Position numbers and translations under genes: made by a program. A DNA stretch of 64,000 bases from Octopus vulgaris. Lineage: Eukaryota. Positions 37,500 to 52,930 of the stretch are shown piece by piece. Each line of letters starts with the position of its first letter. The stretch's first letter is position 1. The notes below the pieces were generated by a model. The model was not told the origin of the DNA. It saw only the letters and a program-made list of their open reading frames with translations, and ran no database searches. Where the stretch lies: NCBI GenBank assembly GCA_951406725.2, contig OX597826.1, positions 68,944,001 through 69,008,000 on the forward strand, read 5' to 3'.

Positions 37500-37980
37500 C
37501 CGTTTCCACCTTTATAATCTAAAAGCGGTAGCACTTTACTGAACATTGCTAGTGAGAATATCAAGAGCTGACAAGTGACCTACTGCAATGGCTGCTAAAA
37601 TATGGCCGTACTCGAACAGGTCGACTGAATACAACGTATATAGATTAACTGACCTGAGACACTTCATGCTTCCCTGAAGACCTCCTTCTAATGCAGGACC
37701 GAAATGGATGGCGTGTGAGTGTCAAAAATGTTCGAGCAAGCTCCACCAGATGGAGATGATCATTATGAGAGCTGTTAATAAGTTGGGTAAGCTATTTCCG
37801 CTCTTTCGTGTTCAGCAATAAAATTGATGTCAAAGTGAATCAGTCGAAGTTGGCAGCCATTTTTATGAAGCATCAGTGGCTTGAAAATGGGTTAATTGCT
37901 TGTATAAACAACTGCCATTATTCCTCAAGATATTTTACCCAAGCCTTTATATTGATGTGTAGTTGTGTTTCTTGAGGAAC
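37500..37980 (-). pseudogene. Decayed CR1/Jockey-group LINE RT C-terminal fragment
   Basis: LFEYGHILAAIAVGHLSALDIL resembles LEYCSHIW.......L..LD.IQ. Confidence 0.4.
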
Positions 37981-38139
37981 AGAGGACTTTGAAGACCAGA
38001 GGCTTTCTAGTCTTGACCATCCTTCCTTTTCTTTTTTTTTAAAGGTTTTGTGTATTGAGGATTAAACTATTCTCACCGTCGTTCCCAATGTTATAATGGC
38101 AACGTATAATTTAACAAGATGTCTGTTGGTAAGTTGTTC

Positions 38140-38187
<48 letters not shown>

Positions 38188-38333
38188 AAGTGTTGAATAA
38201 TGGGTTCCTATAATTTGAAGAGCAGCTGACAAAATATTCTGTCGTATTTAGTTATTACTCCTCCCGTTCTGGCATGATCAAATTTATCATAACTCTAGGG
38301 TCATTGTTCTTCCATCGAAATTGATAGCTTCTA

Positions 38334-39566
38334 TCAGGTCATTAAGATTGAAATGCCCGATTTTCTTATGCACCAAGTTTGATAGTCGTTAACTCTAATG
38401 GTTTATCCTGACAATTCTGACAATGTTTTACAACATTGAAGAGTTACATCCTCACTTTACGAAATGCAATTAATAGTGTCTGATTATATTGTGAGTTTTC
38501 CCTTGTAAATCAATTTTTGTCAACCCATAGAGAGATGAAAAATTCGTGTTGTCTATGATTAGGGCTTCCGTCGTGGAACCAATGCATCCAAGACACCTCG
38601 AAGCATCAATGAGGCGTCTGGTGAAGATGTGGCAAATGAGCGCGCTGTACTTCGATGATTTGAGAAGTTCCGGTCTAATGACTTATCCCTTGAGAATCCA
38701 CCCCGTGGTAGACCTGAGACCAAAGTGGATAATGATGAGCTGAAAACTGTAGCGGAAGCGGATACATTTCAAACTACGCGTGAGTTAGCAGCAAGGTTCG
38801 ATGTTTCGATTCTAACGTCGGCAACGTAAAGAAGCTGGACAAATAGGTACCACACAAACTGAAGGAGCATTAGATGAAACGTTGTCTTGAAACATGCTGT
38901 TCTTTGCTGTCACGGCAAAAAAGCGAACCTTTTTTGCATCGTATTGTTACTTGAGATGAAAAATGGATGCTTTTCAACAATAGCAAGTGGTGGTTGAATA
39001 GAGATGAAATGCTAAAACACAATATAAAAAAAGAATAATCACCGAAAATACTAATGGTGTCTGTTTGATAGTCCAGATCAGGTGTCATGAGACCAGTTTC
39101 ATGAGATCTGGTAAATCAATTACAGCGGATATATACATCAGCCAATTGGATGAAATAACGAGTGAACATGCAATTAAACAACTGAGCTTGGTCAATAGAG
39201 AGAGGCCAATTCTCTTGCGAGACAATGCTCGACAACATGTTGCACAAAGAACGCTACTCAAGTTAAAGGAACTGAACTTGGAAGCATTCTGTCATCCATC
39301 ATATTCACCAGACCTTGCACCAACTGACTATCACGTTTTCCAGGCATTAGACAACTTTTTTCAAGGAAAAGCTTCAAATCTAAAAAAGACGCAAAAACAC
39401 CCTTTCATGATTTCATCGCCTCCTGGTCTCCAGAATTCTTCGATAAAAAGGCAAAATTGCGTTGAGAATTTAGGTGCATACTTTGATTAACTGCATTACT
39501 TTTTGTTGAGATAATGTAAAATAAACTTTCAGTTCAAAATCGGACATTTCATTCTTAATGATCTGA
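38334..39566 (+). mobile_element. Full-length decayed Tc1/mariner (mariner) transposon
   Basis: ~31-bp TIRs TCAGGTCATTAAGATTGAAATGCCCGATTTT / AAAATCGGACATTTCATTCTTAATGATCTGA, TA on both flanks; broken transposase with *VPHKL, RIVT*DEKW, RDNARQH, HPSYSPDLAPTDYH motifs. Confidence 0.92.
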
Positions 39567-40139
39567 TATAAATATATTTTTTGCATATTCTTTTACTTCT
39601 TAGCAAAAGGCGTGCAGAATCTCGAAACTATTCTACATGCATTCGTCAAATGCCTGCGCATTATTCACGTATGGATTTATATCCAACAACTACTCTTAAA
39701 TACAAAACGGGTCCGTCATCATCTGAATTCCTCAAGCAGCTTTATTTTGGCAGAGAGTGACAGTGATATTTTATGTATCCAGTAGCTTTGGCGAAGGAAT
39801 CGTAGTTGTCGAGATCCAATGGATGGACGCCAGACATTTTATTATTTGGTCAAACCCTCGTCAACTTCTTCAAGATTCACTTAAAAAGAAAAAAAAATGA
39901 AGTGCAGGGGTAAGTGTTGCCTCCCAGAAAATACACTGAAAAGCTAATGAGAATTGTGAACATGGTCCAAGGGAGCGGATCGGCTCTGAGCAAACACCTG
40001 TAGATTAGGGGATCACAGATGAAAAAAGACACTTGCTATTATTGGGTAGAGTGAATGTGGCTTTATGTAGTGTTTCGACGAGCAGTTCTCGGAGATCTCC
40101 TCACCCTTGCAGAATTTTCTCGTAGATTATATATTCCTA

Positions 40140-40666
<527 letters not shown>

Positions 40667-41179
40667 ATAATTTATTTTATTTTGTTTCGTTATTTTTCTT
40701 GTTCTCCCCGTTATTTTTGCAGTGTTATTCCACACTGTATCGCTGTACAGTTCTCGATCATTTTGTCACTCCCTGACAGATAAAAGTCTGACTGCCGTTC
40801 TCGAAGATTCTTAATTCTCATGCACTCAACAACAACACGTATACACACACACACACACACACATACACACAAACCGATATGCATTTACGCATGTTTTTAT
40901 ACAAGTATACATACACATAAATACCAGTCTTTCTCCAAAACTCTTACCGTGGCCTGTGATTATCGGAGGCAGTAAATTGCAGGAACTTGTTTTAGTTTTT
41001 CTATTCGAGATATTGATGCAATCCCAGAATAGATATTTTACTATAATATTCTAGTTGCCAAATGCCCATAATCCATTGTATTAATGCTTAATATAATGCT
41101 TCTGTGAAGGATTGTGTTGGTGTATTTCAAAAACAGTCATTATTTCTCTTGTTTCCCACTCATCTTGTTACTTCATTTT

Positions 41180-42320
41180 GCTTCCAATTGAGAATATCAC
41201 AACCATAACATTGGCCTGGAACGGTTAGAATATTTATACGACTACATTAGCTTTTTGTATTGAGATCTGCTTTAAGTATTAACCGAATGCCGCCCTAATA
41301 TTTTTTTTCCTGAAACACTGGTTTTCCACGTGTTATTTGTGCCTAATTTATTATTGATGTCTAAGTATTTGTAGTTAAGCTTTTGATTTAAATCTCTCAT
41401 TTTCCTTATCTTCATCTCGAGTATTAGTGCTCCTAATTAATTTTCCTCTCTTCGAAGTTTCCTTCGCTCATTTTATTTTGAAAAATCTGAATCTCGTATA
41501 ATTACTTCAGTAAACCTGTTTACTGTCAGAAAAAGGTGGTTATAGTTTGTCATTTACACATAACCACATTCAGAAAGCTATGAAGAAAACTGTTTATTCT
41601 CTTCCCATAACATTCGCACACTTTTCCAGGATAGCTTAATTTGTTGGTTAAAGGTGTTAATGCAGCGCATAAAAGGATTGTATTCAAGGAGTCTCCTCGG
41701 TATATTCCTGTTCTGATTGGAATAATATCAGTTTTCATAATTCCCTCATTTGTTTGTTTCTTGAGAATTGCTTGCTACATATTCATCACAACTTGTTTAA
41801 TGCACCGGCTTATTATTGGCGCTACATTGCGCATAACTAATATTTCCAAAATCCGTGGGTGGTAAATACTTGTAAATCTCTTGCCAGTCGATCGATGCTT
41901 CCTTTCTTCTCCTACAGGTTTCCTTTATGGCTTTGTTGAGCGGTAATCGATCTTTACAGCCATATGAGCCTTTGCAGCTTCCATTCTGCTTTCCTGAAAA
42001 TTAGGTTTCTTTTTCGTCAGTAAGTATTTATCTTCTGCAATATTATTGCGTTTTTATTACAAGCTGTAGGCGAGCAGGTTATGGGTCAGTAGATTTTGCG
42101 GTTAACTGTTTGGCATGGTTTTGGGAATTAAGAACGTTTTCTTTCAGTGAAGCATTGAGCTGTTCTGTTCGTCTTTTGAAGTATCTTATTAACTCTATTT
42201 TACCTGGCCCGTTAGAGATTTCGATTTAGGATTTTATTATTTCTGCTTCCTTCGATTTGATCTTTGTTTTGTAACGTCTGGGCTTCATTTCGACTCGACA
42301 CAATGTACCATGATTGTTCA
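41180..42320 (-). pseudogene. Decayed R4/Dong-like non-LTR reverse transcriptase
   Basis: Ordered motifs FLIPK...PITCSPT, GSCKGSYGCKDRL, IRTGIYRGDSLNTILLCAALTPL, NYKYLDI. Confidence 0.75.
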
Positions 42321-42794
42321 AGTGCTGCGTCTGCTGTTTTGACCAATAAGATCCAAGGTCATTCCGAGGTACAAGACCCAGGAGTAGATGATGGTCGAAG
42401 TAGTAGCAGCTATTTATATATATGTGGGCTGGTTTCTCTCATTGTTTTCTTATTTGTGCTTTCAATATATCTATTTATAATATATCTATTTATAATTCTA
42501 TACACATACACACATTGCACACACGAGCGCGCACGAAGACACCCACACGCATTCATGTTTATTGTATATATATTCACTGTACCAATCATTTAATGTCTAT
42601 ATATTGTATAATCACTTTGATCCCGCCCCCGTATATGTATAACCTCTATTCGCGTTTCCCACCCCACCCCAACCCGCACACTTTATGGACCCCTTTTTGT
42701 AACTTACCCCATATATGTATTATTATGCCTACGTGGAAAATTAATGGAACAACAATAACAAGAAGAGGGAGAACAACAACAACGACGACTTCGG

Positions 42795-42970
42795 AAATGA
42801 TGATGATGGTGATGGTGGTGGTGCTGGTGATAGTGGTGATGGTGGTGATGATGATGGCGATGATGGTGATGATGGTGATAATGATGATGGTGATGATGGT
42901 GATGTGATGATGATGATGGTGATGGTGACGATGATGGTGATGGTGGTGGTGATGGTGATGATGATGATGG

Positions 42971-43035
<65 letters not shown>

Positions 43036-43065
43036 GCGACGACGACGACGACGATGATGATGAAG
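42795..43065. repeat. (GAT/GGT)n microsatellite
   Basis: Directly visible. Confidence 0.95.
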
Positions 43066-43074
43066 CAATATCAG

Positions 43075-43460
43075 GCTCTGGCTCTCGTGGCTTCCGATCT
43101 TTAGAGATTGTAAGTGTTGTTATGCACTTGTTTTTTCTTGGTGTAAAAGATGATGTACGGCAAATATTCGGCTCAAAAGCATAGATTTGCTTGTCGGTTG
43201 CTTTATTTCACCTTAATCAGTTGAGCAAGGCGCTTAGTGGCTGATGAGGTGCGCATCTGTTTTCCCAAGCAGACGTAGTGGGTTGGGGATCATAGCCATG
43301 TGTTGAGAGGAATTCTTTGGGGTTTGAATAAATCATCTCTGGAAACATGGGTGTTTCGTTAAACATCGTCCTTAAACATCCCTGATTCAGGGATATTTTG
43401 AACGGAATGCGCTACTCAACCTGAAGAAATTTGTAACTGGGCCCCACATGTAAGGGCTCT
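43075..43460 (+). mobile_element. Decayed copy of the interspersed repeat at 60121-60597
   Basis: AAAAGATG...CAAATATTC.GCTCAA...GATTTGCTTGTC...CATAGCCATGTGTTGAGAGG...CTACTCAACCTGAAGAAA...AACTGGGCCCCAC shared. Confidence 0.75.
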
Positions 43461-43469
43461 TCAAATCTC

Positions 43470-43569
43470 GAGAATGGTTTACAGGATACGGGCTACGAAC
43501 CCCAAAATTCCGAGTCCGATTCCAAGCAGTGACCTGAATAACGACAACAACAACAACAACAACAACAAC

Positions 43570-43640
<71 letters not shown>

Positions 43641-43685
43641 CAACAAAAAATATCTTAAGAATGAGAACCAAGGTTTGAACCTCGC
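43470..43685 (+). mobile_element. tRNA-like head + (AAT)n element, truncated sister of 48950-49865
   Basis: GGGCTACGAACCCCAAAATTCCGAGTCCGATTCCAAGCAGTGACCTGAATAA-(AAC/AAT)n-AAATATCTTAAGAATGAGAACCAAGGTTTGAA. Confidence 0.7.
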
Positions 43686-44013
43686 AATCTAGCGGTTCGA
43701 CAAAAGAGACTGATAGAGTGCGTACTAGGCTTACAAAGAATAAGTCCTGTGGTCGACTTGCTCGACTAAAGACGGTGCTCCAGCATGAACTGAAACAAGT
43801 AGAAGAAAAAATAATAAAATAATATATATATATATATATACATATTTCGTTCTCATCCATATATATATATAACAATCAAATCTTCGGCGTCTCATTCGGG
43901 AATGTAACCATTCCATCTCAAAAACTTTTCTCTTATGATAATATCGTACATGACTTGAGATGTTTGTCTTTCCTTAACGTTTATTGTCCTCTTTAACAAT
44001 TATATATATATAT

Positions 44014-44100
<87 letters not shown>

Positions 44101-44301
44101 TATATACATACGTACATGCATATATATATGTGTATATGTGTATATATACAGACACAGACATAAATAAATACACTTGTAAGTATATATACCTATATGAATA
44201 TATCTATGTGCGTATAGATACCTGAATCTATACACATAGATTTTCGCAGCGGACACACAAACAGAAACACACGCACATTTACATGCGCATATTTATATAT
44301 T

Positions 44302-44404
<103 letters not shown>

Positions 44405-44947
44405 ATATATATATGCATAAGTACTTATATCTACACACACATACGTGCCGTGAAAGAAACACCTGCTCATCTTGCATCTCTGAGAATATAATATTTATAG
44501 GAGTATAAAGCCGGATGAACATCTGTGTGAGACTGGGCGTATGTGTTGATTAAATAAAAGGACAGTAATAAGTTTCGTGTGAAAAACATTACACCAAATT
44601 ATCCCATTTACTTTCGCTCACTTTTACTCTAAATTTCTCCTTCCAGTTTTAATCATACAGCTACTCGTACAGAGAAACACACGCGTATGGAAACACATAC
44701 GTACAGACACTAACAGAAGCACATGTGCCTATTCTTATGCATAAACAGGCGACCATTTGTATGCGCATGTATATGCCAATCTCACGATGCTTCTTTGCAC
44801 CTCGAGAGCAAGTTGGATATACTTTAATGTCACCTACTATGCCTTTCTCCATTTTCTTCTTTCCTTCTCATACGTAATCATTGTCTTACTCCCGTCTTCC
44901 GTGTATATAAAAATATATGGATCTTTGTATGTACTTATACATGTACT

Positions 44948-45357
44948 AGGCGCAGGAGTGGCTGTGTGGTAAGTAGCTTGTTTACCAACCACATGGTTCC
45001 GAGTTCAGGTCCCACTGCGTAGTACCTTGGCCAATTGTCTTCTACTATAGCCTTGGGCCGACCTAAGCATTGTGAGTGGATTTGGCAGACGGAAATTGAA
45101 AGAAGCCCGCCGTATATATGTATATATATGCGTGTGTGTGCTTGTGTCTCTGTGTTTGTTCCCCTAGCATTGCTTGACAGCCAATGCTGGTGTGTTTATG
45201 TCCCCGTTACTTAGCGGTTCGGCAAAAGAGCCCGATAGAATAAGTACTGGGCTTACAAAAGTATAAGTCCCGGGGTCAAGTTGCTCGATTAAAGGTGGTG
45301 CTCCAGCATGGCCGCAGTCAAATCACTGAAACAAGTAAAAGAGTAAAAGAGAGTAAA
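44948..45357 (+). mobile_element. Family A SINE
   Basis: Full-length copy. Confidence 0.9.
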
Positions 45358-45527
45358 GTGTACTTATGTATGTATTTATGTGTATGTATATATGTATATA
45401 TGTATCTATATATATATGTTTGTATATATGTATGCATGCATGTACGTATCTATATCTATCTATTTATTTATCTCTATCTCTGTCTCTCAGTATATGTATA
45501 TTTGTCTATTTTCATAAAGCTTCCCGT

Positions 45528-45572
<45 letters not shown>

Positions 45573-45581
45573 TACTTTTTT

Positions 45582-45972
45582 GCTCATTTACTTGTTTTAG
45601 TCATTTGACTGCGGTCATACTGGAGTACCGTCTTTAGTCGAGCAAATCGACTCCAGGATCTTTTTTCTTTGTAAGATTAGTACTTATTAGATCGGTCTCT
45701 TTTGCAGAAGCGCTAATTTACGGGGACGTAAACATACCAGCATCGGTTGTCAAGCGATGTTGGAGAGACACACAAATATATACACACACATACATATAAC
45801 ATACACAGATACATACATATATACGACGGGCTTCATTCAGTTTCCCTCTACCAAATCCACTCACAAGGCTTTGGTCGGCCCGAGGCTATAGTAGAAGACA
45901 CAAGATGCCACGCAGTGGGACTGAACCCGGAACCATGTAGTTGGTAAGCAAGCTACTTGCCACACACCCACT
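45582..45972 (-). mobile_element. Family A SINE
   Basis: Reverse-complement copy, tail-to-tail with 44948-45357. Confidence 0.85.
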
Positions 45973-46934
45973 ATATATATATATATATATAAAACCAATA
46001 GTTGGCATTAAAACATTCACACAGATAGAAGATACACAGACGGACAAGAGAAACAACAATTGGAATGACAGGCAAAACAGACGGGTCATTCGTGGCTTTC
46101 TTTCCTCAGTCAAGTACCAGAAGTTACGACCATTTCGAGCAGTTACACTTATGTATGTGTATGTATATATATTCTATTGTCTCTTTTGATGTTCATTTAT
46201 ATTCAAAGCAACTTTATATAAATGCTTTTAATATAAAAGCATTTTATATTATATACTCTATACTTTCTTGTAATACAAATTTTACTTTCTAGGCTTAAAA
46301 ATATAAAACTAATTAAATTTTGTAGCTTTTTACATAGATTACCACTTTATGGTCAGGTCCGTAATAGGACGACGCAATTTAAATATTTTTACTGAACATG
46401 TGTTCAAATTCCACTGAGATCGCGTTTGCCTTCCATCGTTTCAGGGTAAAAATATTTTTCATGTTTCGCCTAGTTAGACCAATTCGGGCTGTCACGATAG
46501 ATCAGCTGGTCGAAACTTCGAAGTCACTATCAACAATTTTCTTGTTTAATACATATTCTGTAGTTGAGGAATAGATGTGAACATGACATTCTAGCGATCT
46601 GAAGCGCAAGCATTCTACAGCTGTATTAGCTAGTAAAATAGAATTATATAATTCATAATATGTACGCTAACGCAGACATATAAGATAATTTCTATATGGC
46701 TGCGAAACGATCACAATTCTATGGATATCAACGGGTGAAATAAATATATTCATCGCATTCCTCCAGAATTAAGTTATATACTATATACTCCTAATGAAAT
46801 AATTATTACTAATTATATTAACTGGACTATACTACACCTTTATTTATTGGTTTATTATGTGGTTTCTTGCTTCGTCCTATCAGGGGACTATCTTATGAGT
46901 ACAACAGGACTAGATAAATCCATACATTTTACAT

Positions 46935-46986
<52 letters not shown>

Positions 46987-47164
46987 TTAATATTAATATA
47001 TACGTATATTTATATATATATATATAGACATATATATATATTCATACATACACATGTATATACATGCACACACATACACACACACATATATATATATTTA
47101 TATATATATATATATACATATAGATAGATTTATATAGATATATATATAGATATATGTATATGTA

Positions 47165-47212
<48 letters not shown>

Positions 47213-47536
47213 ATACATATATGTGTAAACATATATATATACGTATACATACATATATATATTTATATATTTATATATATATATATATATATTATGTATG
47301 TGAGTAAATGTGTTTGTGCTGATGAATGAATATGCGTGTCTGCATCGATGTATGTCTGCGCAATAGTGGTTGTGCTCGATGTAACACCGCCGGCGAAGAC
47401 ATGTAACCGAACCACTCGCATCCACTCGACAGAATATGCATCCATAAAATAAGTATCAGTTTGCATTATGCATTTCATTCTATATCATCGATTGAAACCC
47501 CTTCAAAATGATATCCTAAAATAGTAGCGAACGTAT

Positions 47537-47644
<108 letters not shown>

Positions 47645-47783
47645 ATATATATATATGTATATATATACATATATATATGCACATGTATCTATCTATATAT
47701 ATATATATATAGATATGCATATATATATATATATAAATGTGTGTGTGTGTATAGATATGCATATATATATATATATGTGTATA

Positions 47784-47832
<49 letters not shown>

Positions 47833-48054
47833 TATGTGTAAATAAGTATGGATATATATATGTATGTGTCTGTATTTATATACATATATACACATGCACT
47901 CTCTTACACACACACACTCACACACACACACATATATATATGTAATGTAGGGATATGGAGGTGATGTTGTAATTATGCTTCCGATGGCGTGAACTAGATT
48001 TTCTATCGCGTGTATCTCAGGCTCATAGTCAATCTTTCTCTCTCTTTTTATCCC

Positions 48055-48094
<40 letters not shown>

Positions 48095-48323
48095 TCCCCT
48101 TTCTTTTTGCAACTACTCCAAAGGAGAATTAGAGCTTTATCTGAAGTAGAAGTGCAAGGTGTGTTTACTACTAGCACTTCTCATTAACTCCACATTCTAA
48201 AGCTGATTACCTATTTAGAGACACAGCAGTTCATCTAAACTCCTATGACATACATATGCGCGCGCGTGTTTGTGTGTGTTGTGTGTGTATGTGTTTATGC
48301 ATCCGTTTGTATGAATGTGTAAA

Positions 48324-48381
<58 letters not shown>

Positions 48382-48949
48382 TCTATGTGCATACGGAACG
48401 AAAAGACGAAACCAGATATGAATTAATAATGAAAAGAGAAAACTTAATGTGGAAAGAGATAAACCATTCCTCAGAAATGTCCATGGAGAGACCAGGAAAA
48501 CATTACTAACCATACGTAATATTCGCGAGATGGTAAAATAGATAAAATGGACGCAACTAAAATATATGATAAGATCCTTCATCTGGTTTTAAGTAAATAT
48601 TTATTTCAAATTTTCGCACAAGGTCAGCAAACATGAGGGGCTAGGAGTGGATTGCATCAACTCCAGAAATCAACTGGTCTTTATGTTATCTACCCTAAAA
48701 CGATGGAAGGCAAAGCCGATCTCTTGAATTTAAACTCACGTTAAGAAAATGGTTTCGCATTTTGGCACAAGGCCAGTAAATTTCAGGTAAGTGTAAGTTG
48801 ATTAGATCAACTCCAGTGCTCTAGTGATATTTAAGTTATCTACCCTGAAAGGTGGGCTCAGGTGAATCTGAGCTAATGTTAAGTACATATTTTTAAGTTG
48901 TTTCAAACTGCTACGGACGTAACCACAAAATAGTAATCTATGTAATAGG

Positions 48950-49865
<916 letters not shown>

Positions 49866-50202
49866 ACTATTAGTCTTTTATTTTATATTTTTTAGGCTAC
49901 CATCTAAACTTCCAGACTTAATATTCGTTAATCCTTGAATTAAAAATTAACCTCAATATTACTAAATAATTATTAAGCCGTTGAACTGGCAGAGTCGTTA
50001 GTACGCTGGGTAAAATGATCAGCGGTATTTCATCCCATCTTTACATTATGAGATCAAAATCCTTTGATGTTGACTTTGCCGATCATCCTTTCGAGATCGA
50101 CAAAATATGTACCAGTTGAACTCCGGGGTCGATGTAATCGATTTAATCCGTCCCTGCGAAATTGCTGGCCTTGCGCCAAAATTTGAAATCAATGCATTTA
50201 AT

Positions 50203-50559
50203 AACAAGAGCACTCAGAGAGCGTAAACCTCCACCCAGGCAACACCAACATCCTCTTAATGATTAGTCGGAGATGATTTTTGAAAGGAAAATATCTTAAA
50301 GAAACTCGACTGCTCTCACAAACGAAAATACTAAAAGGGAACCCGAGCGCTCTCAAACATTAAGTAAAAAAAAAAGAAAGAAAAATAATACTGGATCGAT
50401 CCCCAAATCGAACTAGTCCGTGCCAGTCACGAGGCCAAACATCCTGGAAAATTTCATCCGAATCCATCCAGCGGTTCTTGAGATATCTTGTCCACGGACA
50501 AACAAACGAGCAAACACGACTGAAAACAATACCACAATAGTGAGCGAAGGCGGAGGTAA
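50203..50559 (-). mobile_element. Helentron-associated (HINE/DINE-like) non-autonomous element
   Basis: Subterminal inverted repeats ACCTCCACC/GGCGGAGGT, terminal hairpin GCACTCAGAGAGCG, internal AAATTTCATCCGAATCC...ACAAACAAAC, AA/TT flanks. Confidence 0.7.
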
Positions 50560-51290
50560 TTGTGAGAGGATGAGATGGAAGAATCATTGGTACGTCGGAC
50601 AAAATATTTAGCATCATTCCGTGACTTTCTGTTCTAAGTTCAAATTCCACCGAGTTTGATTTTACCCGCGGTGGATATCATAAATCACCAGTTAGGCTTT
50701 GGGGTCGCTGTAATAGAACAACCTCGCTACTAGGAATTTAAGGCCTTTTGCCTATTTAATAATTACAGAAAACCTAGAGGAGAGCACAAATATGAACTGT
50801 GTATTGTCCTTCAACTGAAATTGGACAAAGAATGTATGTAAATAAACGAACCACTGAGACCGTACAAATTTGGAAGAAGTTATCGAGAAGGAAAAATATC
50901 GAGACATCTTTGCTTCTGAAGAAAGAAAAAAAAGAAAAACGAAGTAACTCAGGTGGATAAAATGACAAAATGGCGAACGCTAGCTTTATGAAAAAAGCAG
51001 GGAGTGTATTGAGAGAGCGGTCGAGATATTGAAATGCTTTTTAGGGAGAAAAAAAAGCAGCGGCAAACGTAACTAGCAGAAGTCGAATGGTGTGAGAGAA
51101 AGGAAGAGTGAGAAAATATTTTGGAGAAAAGCAGAATAATTACTGTGAAATAAAGAGGCTAGACAACGAATAAAGAGGTGTAAAATGTGAGCAGAGGGAA
51201 CGGAAAAACGACGCAGATATAAATTAGCACAATAGAAAAAGGCATAAATTAGGGTGCGTTGTTTAAACGAGAGAAATTTTTCGACAGGTT

Positions 51291-51337
<47 letters not shown>

Positions 51338-51895
51338 ACGGCTGTTTTTATGTTTACGAGTTATAACAAAAACAATTATGCATTAATCTAAGGAGTTCGT
51401 ATTTACAATGGTAAAGTACAAGTTTATTCTTAAACATGAATATCGTTGACAGTAACTTAGAAATTTCAGGTTAAGTCATCTTCGGACTGTCACGATGTGA
51501 TCGACTAGCTGCCTTCACCAAAATGTCATGCCTTGCGTCTCAAATAGAGACAATTATTACAAAACCATTTCGAACAGCTCGACCAGTTCCTCTCATTAGC
51601 TTTTAAAAATCTTCGTCGATCGTTTACTTCCGAACGTTCGCTCTGCTGTCGTTTGTTCGTTCGAAGCCCTAATTCTCTACAAATGTTATATTTCAACAAT
51701 TTCTGGATGTTACTGTCTCATGAAGTCTTCTTGTCTTGTCGTCAAAAGCACAAAACTGGTAGTAATAAATAGTCGACAACTGAGGAGGAGTTAAACTGAT
51801 ATTGGTATTTTGTCCCGTACTTGTCTCTCGTTGTGTATTTACGTATTTTTCGCTCGTTCCTGATGTCCTGTACTTAATGGGTATTTTATATTTTA

Positions 51896-52277
51896 CTAGC
51901 AGTATCGCCCGGCGTTGCTCAGGTTTGTAAGGGAAATAACTATAAAGCATTTTTAGAGAGTTATAGCCAAAAAATAGCAAAAAAATGGAAAAAAATGATG
52001 GTAAATTTTTTTGAGAGTAAAAAAAGGTGGAGTTGCGTCCCCTAGACAGTTTGCTGTTTGTGTTTCTGATTCTCGACCCCATGTCGAATTTATCGATTTT
52101 TTTCAGAACTGGGGGAACTTTTCAAAATTTTCGCTGCGTTAGTTTTGAATTATGACATTGGGCTATGTGTGTGTCAAGTTTCATCAGAATCGGTTGAAAG
52201 CCGTGGTCAGAGTGAGGGTACGAGAAAACAGACACACAGAAAACGCACAGACAAACTGCCGTTTATATATAGAGAGA
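51896..52277 (-). mobile_element. Non-autonomous Helitron (chimeric body)
   Basis: 3' ~115 bp shared with 3517/32947 copies, different remainder; TC and CTAG termini. Confidence 0.8.
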
Positions 52278-52299
52278 TATACATACATTTACATATGTT

Positions 52300-52695
52300 T
52301 GTGTGTATGTATGTATGTATGTATGTATGTATGTATGTATGTATGTATGTAGGTAGGTAGGTAGGTAGGTAGTAGGTAGGTAGGTAGGTAGGTAGGTAGG
52401 TAGTAGGTAAGCAGGTGGGCAGGTAGGCACGTAGGCCGTTATGCTGGCAGGTGAGTAGGTAGGTTGGTAGGTAGACAGGCAGATAGGTAGGTAAGTAGGT
52501 AGGTTGGTAGGTAGACAGGCAGATAGGTAGGTAGGTAGGTAGGTAGGTAGGTAGGTAGGTAAATAGGTAGGTAGGTAGGTAGGAAGGAAGGTAGGTAGGT
52601 AGGTAGGTAGGTAGGTAGGTAGATAGGTAGGTAGGTATGTAGGTAGGTAGGTAGGTAGGTAGGTAGGTAGGGCGGTAGGTAGGTAGGTAGTTAGT
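52300..52695. repeat. (TATG)n to (TAGG)n tetranucleotide array
   Basis: Directly visible. Confidence 0.95.
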
Positions 52696-52697
52696 TA

Positions 52698-52930
52698 AGG
52701 CTGCGAGCTGGCAGAATCGTTAGCACGCCGGGCGAAATGCCCAGCAGTATTTCGACTACCGTTACGTTCTGAGTTCAAATTCCGCCGAGGTCGACTTTGC
52801 CTTTCGTCCTTTCGGGGTCGATTAAATAAGTACCAGTTACGCACTGGAGTCGATGTAATCGACTTAATGCATTTGTCTGTCCTTGTTTGTCCCTTCTGTG
52901 TTTAGCCCCTTGTGGGTAGTAAAGAAATAG
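52698..52930 (+). mobile_element. Family B SINE monomer
   Basis: Well-preserved head, body and tail. Confidence 0.85.

Noticed and set aside
43238-43262. CTGATGAG motif (also CTGATGA at 9595 and 47339)
   Set aside because: No matching GAAA/stems; the sister copy at 60222 shows it is ordinary repeat sequence.
52330-52695. Telomere-like G-rich repeat
   Set aside because: The unit is TAGG grading from TATG, not TTAGGG; an ordinary microsatellite.
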